The notes beneath the pieces are model-generated. The model was not told where the DNA came from. It searched no databases and saw only the letters and a list, made by a program, of their open reading frames with translations. Made by a program: the position numbers and the translations under genes. A DNA stretch of 22,474 bases from Thermotogota bacterium (GTDB lineage Bacteria; Thermotogota; Thermotogae; Petrotogales; Kosmotogaceae): positions 1 through 22,474 of the forward strand of contig JAYEJL010000018.1 of assembly GCA_034660555.1 (NCBI GenBank), written 5' to 3'. Of the stretch, positions 16,115-22,474 are shown piece by piece (position 1 is the first letter of the stretch; each line of letters opens with the position of its first letter).

Positions 16115-18084
16115 TTCTCATCATTCCTGAAAGTGATTACAAGATTTCTATATTGATCAACCTCTAGCTGCGCATACGGAGGTATAACTGTTGTGGACGA
16201 ATATTCAAGGATAATTGCGGGACCAGAAATCCTGTTGCCATATTTTAGATACTTCCTTAAAAATAGCTTCGTATCATGTTCTTTACCTTCAAATATTGTT
16301 CTGGTTTTTCCAAGATGTGCTTTTTCAGGTATCACAGAGACACTGGTTTTACAGGGCGTTATTTCTGGTTTTTTGGTGAGTATCTTCGCTCTGATTCTAA
16401 TGTTTACAATCTCAATATCTCTTTCTTTGTTGCTGTAGCCATACATTTTTTCATGTTCTTTATGAAAATTAAATATAAAGTTGTCAGTAAAGGGAACAAC
16501 GAGTTCGTAGGATTGTCCTCTGTATCTCATATCAAGAAAACGTTCAATGTAATATTTTGAGTCAGGGGTTAAAATTGATTGAAAGTATTCTTCAGCTTTT
16601 TTATCAAGAGGAGAAAAAAGCTTTTTTATGCCCTCATATGAAATATCGTCCTGTAGCATGACCGTCAATGAATAATCGTGAATTGTATCTGAGACGAGCA
16701 TACCGAATGCAGATAAAACACCCGGATTGTCGGGAACAATAATTTTTGAGATATTCAGTTGCTTTGCCAGAAAAGCAGAATGCATTGCTCCTGCTCCACC
16801 AAAGGTAACAAGCGTAAATTCAGCGGGATCATATCCCCGTTCAACGGATATCTTTCTTATTGCTCTTTCCATTGATGCGTTTGCAACATCACAAATTCCT
16901 TCAGCTATTTCAACAGGTTTTAAGCCTGCTTTTTTTGCCAGTTCTTTCATTGGGTTGTTAACCCGTTCGCGATGAAGTTTGAATTTTCCCTCTAATAGAT
17001 TATCAGCGGGTAATCTACCCAAAAATAGATTGGCGTCCGTTACTGTTAAATCGTCGCCTTTTCCGTAACATAATGGGCCGGGATCAGCACCTGCACTTTC
17101 AGGACCAACCTTAAGAGCTCCTCCTTTATCAATTTTTGCAATTGATCCGCCCCCGGCGCCAACGGTGTGTATATCAATTACTGGTGTTTTAACAACAAAG
17201 GAGGAAATTTTTGTTTCGGTCCTGAAGGGTACTTCTCCGTTAATGAGTGAAACGTCTGTTGAAGTGCCACCCATATCAAAGGTAATGATTTTTTCGTATC
17301 CTGACGTTTTTGCCAGTTCAAAAGCTCCCGTAACACCTCCTGCAGGACCTGAAAGTATAGTTCTTACCGGGAAATCAGCAGCAGAATCAGAATCTACCTG
17401 GCCACCGTTGGATTGCATAATAGAAAGTTTTTTAGTTAGTTGAAAATTCTTTATTCTGGAAATATATTTTTTCATAACAGGAGAAATATAAGCGTTCACA
17501 AAGGTAGTAGAAGTGCGTTCATATTCTCTGAACTCAGGTAATACATCACAGGATAATGTGTAATTATATCTTCTTTCTTCAAGTAATTTTCCAACATACC
17601 TTTCATGTGATGAATTGAGAAAAGAGAACAGTAATATCACTGCAACTGAATCAATTCCTAGCTTCTCTATTTTATCTATTGTATTTAAAATTTCATTTTC
17701 ATTGATATGTTCAATTTCATTGCCCTTTGAATCAATGCGTCCACTTATGCCAAACCTAAGTTCAGGAGGAATAGGAATTTGAGGTCTTCTGTAGTGAAGT
17801 TCATAAAGCCTATCCCTAGTCTGTCTTCCGATTTCAATAATATCTTCAAATCCTTTGTTAACTATTATTGCTGTATTCGCGCCTTTTTCCTCGAGTAGAG
17901 CGTTGACAGCTACCGTTGAACCATGAAAAATATAACTCGATTCGTCCGTTATTGAGCTTATGCCTGAAAGGACAGCCTTTGAGGGATCCTCAGGAGTAGA
18001 AGGTACTTTAAAAACCTTCATTTTTCCTGATTTTATATAAACAAAATCGGTGAATGTACCACCGGTATCTACGCTTATTAGCAA
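16111..18084 (-). CDS. hyuA: Hydantoinase A / 5-oxoprolinase A-subunit family protein (ATP-binding)
   Basis: VDTGGTFTD, HGSTVA.NALLE, REYERTSTT, SGPAGG, DMGGTSTD, GAGGGS, GPESAGADPGP, FGGAG. RBS AGGAG (18093-18097) favours TTG 18084 over GTG 18093. 4-bp ATGA overlap with hyuB. Confidence 0.92.
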   Translation of the reverse strand: MLISVDTGGTFTDFVYIKSGKMKVFKVPSTPEDPSKAVLSGISSITDESSYIFHGSTVAVNALLEEKGANTAIIVNKGFEDIIEIGRQTRDRLYELHYRRPQIPIPPELRFGISGRIDSKGNEIEHINENEILNTIDKIEKLGIDSVAVILLFSFLNSSHERYVGKLLEERRYNYTLSCDVLPEFREYERTSTTFVNAYISPVMKKYISRIKNFQLTKKLSIMQSNGGQVDSDSAADFPVRTILSGPAGGVTGAFELAKTSGYEKIITFDMGGTSTDVSLINGEVPFRTETKISSFVVKTPVIDIHTVGAGGGSIAKIDKGGALKVGPESAGADPGPLCYGKGDDLTVTDANLFLGRLPADNLLEGKFKLHRERVNNPMKELAKKAGLKPVEIAEGICDVANASMERAIRKISVERGYDPAEFTLVTFGGAGAMHSAFLAKQLNISKIIVPDNPGVLSAFGMLVSDTIHDYSLTVMLQDDISYEGIKKLFSPLDKKAEEYFQSILTPDSKYYIERFLDMRYRGQSYELVVPFTDNFIFNFHKEHEKMYGYSNKERDIEIVNIRIRAKILTKKPEITPCKTSVSVIPEKAHLGKTRTIFEGKEHDTKLFLRKYLKYGNRISGPAIILEYSSTTVIPPYAQLEVDQYRNLVITFRNDEK

Positions 18085-18149
18085 ATGTGTCACTCCTGAT
18101 AGCTAGTTTAAACAATTTTATCATAGTAGTCATTCTTGTTTGAATTAAA

Positions 18150-18190
18150 ATGACGGCATCGATCTATTACGTTATAATAATACTGGAGGT
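18150..18190 (+). promoter_or_regulatory. Promoter and RBS of rbfA-truB-ribF
   Basis: ATGACG (18150-18155) - 17 nt - TATAAT (18173-18178). GGAGGT at 18185-18190. Confidence 0.6.
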
Positions 18191-18196
18191 GTAATT

Positions 18197-18577
18197 ATGA
18201 CGTCAGAACACAGAATAGAAATGCTTGAATCGGAAATCAAAAAGGTACTCGCTCATGCGTTAAGAGAATATAAAGATGATGATTTAAAGCCCGTTGAGAT
18301 TTCTTTTGTGAGAGTGAAACTTTCTGGAGACAAGAGCTTCGCGGACGTTTTTGTAAGTACGCTCGGGAGTGATGAACACAAGGAAAGGGTTGTTGAGCGA
18401 TTAAAGGAAAACAAAGGTTATTTCAGAACAGCTATAGCAAAGAATATCAGGTTGTTTAAGGCACCTGAAATCAGATTCAAAAAGGATATAGGTCTGGACG
18501 CAAGCATGAGAGTTTCTAAAATACTAAAGCAGATAGAAGAGGAGCGAAAAGAACGAGAAAATAATGAGAAATCATAA
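18197..18577 (+). CDS. rbfA: Ribosome-binding factor A
   Basis: V.LS.D.S.A.VFVS, G.FR..IAK.IRL..APEIRF..D; directly upstream of truB. Confidence 0.93.
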   Translation: MTSEHRIEMLESEIKKVLAHALREYKDDDLKPVEISFVRVKLSGDKSFADVFVSTLGSDEHKERVVERLKENKGYFRTAIAKNIRLFKAPEIRFKKDIGLDASMRVSKILKQIEEERKERENNEKS

Positions 18578-19499
18578 AGGCTTCTTATTTATAGATAAGC
18601 ACACAGGCATTACCTCCCATGATGCTGTTGATGCTGTTAGAAAGAAATTTAGAATAAGAAAGGTTGGACTTTCGGGAACGCTTGATCCCTTTGCAAGTGG
18701 ATTGCTTATTATTGGGATAGGAAAGGCAACCAGATTGCTTGAGTATTTTAAAGTTCTTGATAAAGAGTACAATGTAAAAATAAAGCTCGGTGTAATTACT
18801 GACACATTTGATAATACGGGAAAAATTGTTGAAGAAAGAGATACATCATCTATATCAGAAAAGGATCTTAAAGAAGCAATAGAAAGCTTTAAGGGAGAAT
18901 ACATGCAGGTACCTCCAGCTTATTCAGCCCAAAGATACAAAGGTGAAAGGTTATACAATCTTGCGCGACAGGGCAACATAATTAATCTCCCCCCCAGAAA
19001 AGTACAGATAAAACATATAAGGAATATCGTCTTTGACTCCCATGAGAAAACAGCGAGTTTTACAGTTTCTGTTTCTTCAGGGACGTATGTGAGATCCCTT
19101 GTTATGGATATTGGTTATAAATTGGGGTGCGGTGCCCATACCACTTATTTAAGACGAACCAGGATAGGAATATTCGGAGTGGATAATTCAAAGAGAATCC
19201 AGGATATTTCAGATAATGATATTATACCTCCCGCTGAAGCCATGAGATTTATTTCTGCTATGTATTTGACGGAAGAATCCTCAAAAAAGGTTTTAAATGG
19301 TTCACAGATCTGGCTTGATGATGTCGCAGGTATAGAAGGCAATTTCAAGAAAAATGAACTTATTAGATTGATATCACCATCTGACGAAATCGTTTCTATG
19401 GCGAAAGCGGATGTGAGTTCAAAATTTCTTCGTACCCTTATTAGGAACAATGATAAAAGAAGGATAGCCAAATTAAAAAAAGTAATCGGTGAGCATTGA
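18564..19499 (+). CDS. truB: tRNA pseudouridine(55) synthase
   Basis: G.TSHD, GTLDP.ASGLL (catalytic Asp present), Q.PP.YSA, G.RLY.LAR.G, SSGTYVRSL..DIG..LG.GAH, LRRTRIG, C-terminal PUA-like domain. Confidence 0.93.
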   Translation: MRNHKGFLFIDKHTGITSHDAVDAVRKKFRIRKVGLSGTLDPFASGLLIIGIGKATRLLEYFKVLDKEYNVKIKLGVITDTFDNTGKIVEERDTSSISEKDLKEAIESFKGEYMQVPPAYSAQRYKGERLYNLARQGNIINLPPRKVQIKHIRNIVFDSHEKTASFTVSVSSGTYVRSLVMDIGYKLGCGAHTTYLRRTRIGIFGVDNSKRIQDISDNDIIPPAEAMRFISAMYLTEESSKKVLNGSQIWLDDVAGIEGNFKKNELIRLISPSDEIVSMAKADVSSKFLRTLIRNNDKRRIAKLKKVIGEH

Positions 19500-20398
19500 T
19501 GTATGTTACCTGTATAGGTAATTTTGACGGTGTCCATATTGGACACCGTCAAATTATGAATGAAACGATAAAACTTGCCAGTAAAAGCAAGATTTTCAGT
19601 AAAGCGTTAACAATAAACTATCCCTGGGGTTATTTCTTTGAAAATTTTCCGGGGCTTATCTATCACATTTCTGAACGGATAGAACTGATCCAATCAACTG
19701 GTATCAAGGAAGTACAAATACTTGACCTTAAGGAGATAAAGGATCACTCGCCCGATGAGTTTTTTGAGTTGCTGCTTGAAAACGATGTGAAAGGTATAGT
19801 GGTCGGTGATGATTTCACCTTTGGTCGTAAGGCAGCTGGAGATGTTAATACTCTTGAAAGGCTTTCAAAAAAGCATTCTGTTGAATTAAAGGTTATCAAA
19901 GGAGTTAAATACAGAGAGAAACGGGTAAGTAGCAGCTGGATAAGAGAAACCATATCCAGAGGTGAAATAGAACTTTCAAACACATTACTTGGAGAACACT
20001 ACGCAATTAATGGGAAGGCTTACAAAGATAAAAAGCTGGGTAACATTTTGGGGTTTCCCACTGCAAACATAGAAAGAGGGAAAGCTAATCTTGTTCACCC
20101 AAAACCCGGTGTATATGTTGTAAGTTCCTACATAGATGAAGTACAGTATTTTGGTTTGATGAATGCAGGTTTTAGACCGACAATAAACTACTCCGAAAAA
20201 ATGAAGTACGAGGTTTATTTTCTCGATTTTTCAGGTTCTCTGTATGATAAAGATCTATCAATAAAGTTTCACAAATTTTTGAGACCGGAGTTGAAATTCG
20301 ATTCAGTAGATAAACTGGTTAAGGAGATACAAAGGGACGAAAAAATCGCACGACGCTGGATCAAAAGCAACAAAGATATGATCAAAGATGGTCAGTGA
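19499..20398 (+). CDS. ribF: Bifunctional riboflavin kinase / FAD synthetase
   Basis: IGNFDGVHIGH, VGDDFTFG, VSSSWIR, LGFPTAN, G.RPT, E.Y.LDF, FLRPE.KF. ATG overlaps the truB stop (TGATG). Confidence 0.95.
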   Translation: MYVTCIGNFDGVHIGHRQIMNETIKLASKSKIFSKALTINYPWGYFFENFPGLIYHISERIELIQSTGIKEVQILDLKEIKDHSPDEFFELLLENDVKGIVVGDDFTFGRKAAGDVNTLERLSKKHSVELKVIKGVKYREKRVSSSWIRETISRGEIELSNTLLGEHYAINGKAYKDKKLGNILGFPTANIERGKANLVHPKPGVYVVSSYIDEVQYFGLMNAGFRPTINYSEKMKYEVYFLDFSGSLYDKDLSIKFHKFLRPELKFDSVDKLVKEIQRDEKIARRWIKSNKDMIKDGQ

Positions 20399-21179
20399 AA
20401 AAGTCAGATATCTCCTTAAAAAAAGGCTCCTGATTCTTCCTGTCTTCAAAGAGTTCGTGTTTACCCTCTTCAAATGAAACGATTTTTTTATCTTCTATGG
20501 TTAGTTTATCGTAGAATTTATCAATGGCGTTGGTTGAAACAACTTTATCTTCCTGCCCATATAAAAGTAGCAACGGTGTTTTGATATTAACAACCTGTTT
20601 CCAGGTTTTTATAATGTTTTTGTTCATCTCTGAAAACAGCCTTAGTGAAATTCGGTCGTGAACCCTGGGGTCTTCTTTGTACCTCTCAACTGCTTCTATA
20701 TTGCTGGAAAGATCTTCCGGATCAATCCTGTTTCCCATTGTTACGAACGGAATAATGTAGGTAAGTGGTTTAACAAGGTAGAACGAAAAACCCAGCTGTT
20801 CTCTGAAATTTTGAAGCGCGGGAGCGCTGACAGCTGAGGCGTTGTAAGCTTCATTATTTCTTTCCAGATATCGTAAAGCAATTAGACCACCCAGACTGTG
20901 ACCAAAAAGGAACAAAGGCAACGTTGGATTTTCCATTTTCGCTGTATGGTTCATTTTTTCACAGGCTTGAAAAAATTCTTCGAATTTCTTAACATGTCCT
21001 TTTTTTCCTTCATCATCTCCATGACCGGGAAGGTCCATTGAGTAAACCTGGAATCCCCTATTGTTGAGGTAACTGGCAAAGTTATCATATCGTCCGGAAT
21101 GTTCCCCAAGACCATGAACTACAATTACACAACCTTTTTTCTCTTTATGTGTCGTCCATTTTCTTATGTACTTGGTCAT
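20382..21179 (-). CDS. Alpha/beta hydrolase, lysophospholipase / monoacylglycerol lipase family
   Basis: VHGLGEHSGRY, DLPGHG, nucleophile GHSLGG, G.ED.VV, GKHELF. RBS GGAGGG at 21185-21190 supports ATG 21179. Confidence 0.92.
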   Translation of the reverse strand: MTKYIRKWTTHKEKKGCVIVVHGLGEHSGRYDNFASYLNNRGFQVYSMDLPGHGDDEGKKGHVKKFEEFFQACEKMNHTAKMENPTLPLFLFGHSLGGLIALRYLERNNEAYNASAVSAPALQNFREQLGFSFYLVKPLTYIIPFVTMGNRIDPEDLSSNIEAVERYKEDPRVHDRISLRLFSEMNKNIIKTWKQVVNIKTPLLLLYGQEDKVVSTNAIDKFYDKLTIEDKKIVSFEEGKHELFEDRKNQEPFFKEISDFFTDHL

Positions 21180-21198
21180 GAATTCCCTCCATATAAAA

Positions 21199-21256
21199 AA
21201 TGAATGTAAAAAATTTACAGTTACATTCATTGTAATATATTTTTTCTATTTTTCAA
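21199..21256 (-). promoter_or_regulatory. Putative promoter of the lipase gene with an 11-bp inverted repeat overlapping the -10 and start region
   Basis: Minus strand TTGAAA (21256-21251) - 16 nt - TACAAT (21234-21229). AATGAATGTAA (21199-21209) - 11 nt - TTACATTCATT (21221-21231). Confidence 0.55.
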
Positions 21257-21286
21257 AAGATCAGGTAGATAGTAAAATAATAATTA

Positions 21287-22255
21287 TTATGTGATGGCTT
21301 TCATAAACGCTTCAGCAGCGGTCGCGTTTGATTGTGGGTTATACCCGCCTTCCTGAATTAAAATCATTGGTAGATTTAAATTGTTAAAGAACTTACCAAT
21401 TTCGTAAAGATCCTCATCTGTAAGACTGAAAATGTTGTATGGGTCATCCTTATGAATATCCAATCCCAGTGATACAAACAAGGCTAATGGTGAGTAATCA
21501 TCAATCTCTTCATATGCCTTTTCAAGTGTTTTCATGTAGGTTTCGCCTTTTGTTTTACCTGGTAGGGGAAAGTTGAAATTGTAACCTTTACCCTCGTCTT
21601 CACCTATTTCCCATTCAAAACCGCTTATCCACGGGTAAAAAACCTCGGGTGTACCGTGAATGGATACAAATAACACTGTTGGATCACGATAAAAAATGTC
21701 CTGAGTGCCATTTCCATGGTGAACATCTATATCAATAATAGCCACATTCGATTTCGTATGTTTTTGATAAAATTTTGCAGCAATTGCAGCATTGTTGAAA
21801 TAACAATATCCACCGCCAAAAGATTGTGAAGCGTGATGTCCAGGGGGTCTACATAGTGCATAGGTTACCCTCTCTCTTCCCTTTAGGACTTCTTCTGTTG
21901 CTGTTAAAGCAGTTGAAACAGATGTTAGGCCTATTTCATATGCAGTATGCGTTATAGGTGTTCCAGTGTCAAAAATTCTGTCGTAGCCGAAAACCTCTGG
22001 AAAATACTCGTGCCCGGGTGTTGTCTTTTCAGATTTTTCCTTTAACCATTTGACATACTCAACATCATGGGCGAGATAAACATGGGAGGAGCTAAATTTC
22101 TTTGGCTTGCTGAACTCTACTCCAAGTGAGTTTTCAAGTCGTTCTTTTATATAATCAATTCGCTGAGGTTTGTCCGGATTCTCGATCCAGTAACCGTTGT
22201 CAATTTCCTTTTTCGGAGTGTGAAGTCTATGCCGTTCATCGTAGTAAAACTTCAT
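21287..22255 (-). CDS. Histone deacetylase family protein, acetylpolyamine amidohydrolase-like
   Basis: RPPGHHA, GGYCYFNNAA, DIDVHHGNGTQDIFY, SIHG, N.PLP, D.H..DP, QEGGY. N-terminal 'H.P..E...G' loop resembles the APAH type. Confidence 0.9.
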   Translation of the reverse strand: MKFYYDERHRLHTPKKEIDNGYWIENPDKPQRIDYIKERLENSLGVEFSKPKKFSSSHVYLAHDVEYVKWLKEKSEKTTPGHEYFPEVFGYDRIFDTGTPITHTAYEIGLTSVSTALTATEEVLKGRERVTYALCRPPGHHASQSFGGGYCYFNNAAIAAKFYQKHTKSNVAIIDIDVHHGNGTQDIFYRDPTVLFVSIHGTPEVFYPWISGFEWEIGEDEGKGYNFNFPLPGKTKGETYMKTLEKAYEEIDDYSPLALFVSLGLDIHKDDPYNIFSLTDEDLYEIGKFFNNLNLPMILIQEGGYNPQSNATAAEAFMKAIT

Positions 22256-22292
22256 AGCAGAACCTCCATTACAAGAAGATTATTTTAGACAC

Positions 22293-22321
22293 ATTATATC
22301 ACCAATAAATGATTTTGACAT
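22293..22321 (-). promoter_or_regulatory. Promoter of the deacetylase gene
   Basis: Minus strand ATGTCA (22321-22316) - 17 nt - TATAAT (22298-22293), with extended -10 TG. RBS GGAGGT at 22262-22267. Confidence 0.6.
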
Positions 22322-22347
22322 AAAAAAACCTCCCAAAAGGGAGGTTT
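22322..22347 (-). terminator. Rho-independent terminator of the gene entering from the right edge
   Basis: AAACCTCCC-AAAA-GGGAGGTTT (22326-22347). The A7 run at 22322-22328 gives a U-tract on the minus strand. Confidence 0.88.
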
Positions 22348-22364
22348 GTTATTAATCTAGTCGA

Positions 22365-22472
22365 TTAATAGACTTGAAATTCAAAATTGTAGTAAATATT
22401 TTCTTCAGAAGCATTCCCAAGCTTATTCGATGATGACGAAGCGCCTGCATCAGTAGCGGTTAAAAGAGATTC
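22365..22472 (-). CDS. 3' end of a gene starting beyond the window; possible outer-membrane beta-barrel protein
   Basis: Open frame ...ESLLTATDAGASSSSNKLGNASEENIYYNFEFQVY* ending 18 bp before a strong terminator. Only 35 codons are visible. Confidence 0.5.
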   Translation of the reverse strand, partial: ESLLTATDAGASSSSNKLGNASEENIYYNFEFQVY

Positions 22473-22474
22473 TT

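Noticed and set aside
524..19983. Numerous 60-142 aa ORFs lying antisense to or inside larger genes (e.g. 1363-1677, 4512-4940, 8889-9206, 9691-10044, 18572-18904, 19145-19552)
   Set aside because: Shadow frames of well-supported genes, with no recognisable motifs.
1..22474. CRISPR arrays, tRNA/rRNA, IS elements, riboswitches, defence or phage genes
   Set aside because: Intergenic spaces are short and explained by promoters and terminators. No regularly spaced repeats, cloverleafs, transposase, integrase or reverse transcriptase motifs were seen by eye.

Overview
AT-rich, gene-dense bacterial chromosomal window. It is most likely from a Thermotogota (Kosmotoga/Mesotoga-like) organism, inferred from the stand-alone rbfA-truB-ribF unit, the RibF 'YKD..LG' motif, a non-lipidated dpp-type solute-binding protein and archaeal-like enzymes. 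Left to right it holds: the 3' end of a hypothetical gene; a flavin reductase; a DUF362/2x[4Fe-4S] gene split by a frameshift; a reverse-strand murJ - nadE-like - manC-like operon; a divergent geranylgeranyl-reductase-family oxidoreductase; a cold-shock gene; a complete dpp/opp ABC operon; a reverse-strand hydantoinase/oxoprolinase A-B - degV - membrane-protein run whose last gene has two in-frame TAA stops; rbfA-truB-ribF; an alpha/beta lipase; an acetylpolyamine-amidohydrolase-type HDAC; and the 3' end of a possible beta-barrel gene. No rRNA, tRNA, CRISPR array, transposase or phage gene was seen. The best candidate for an uncharacterised system is the envelope locus with a divergent NadE paralog between a lipid-linked flippase and an NDP-sugar pyrophosphorylase, facing an archaeal-type prenyl reductase. 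That reading is a hypothesis; all assignments come from motif recognition by eye, with no database searches.
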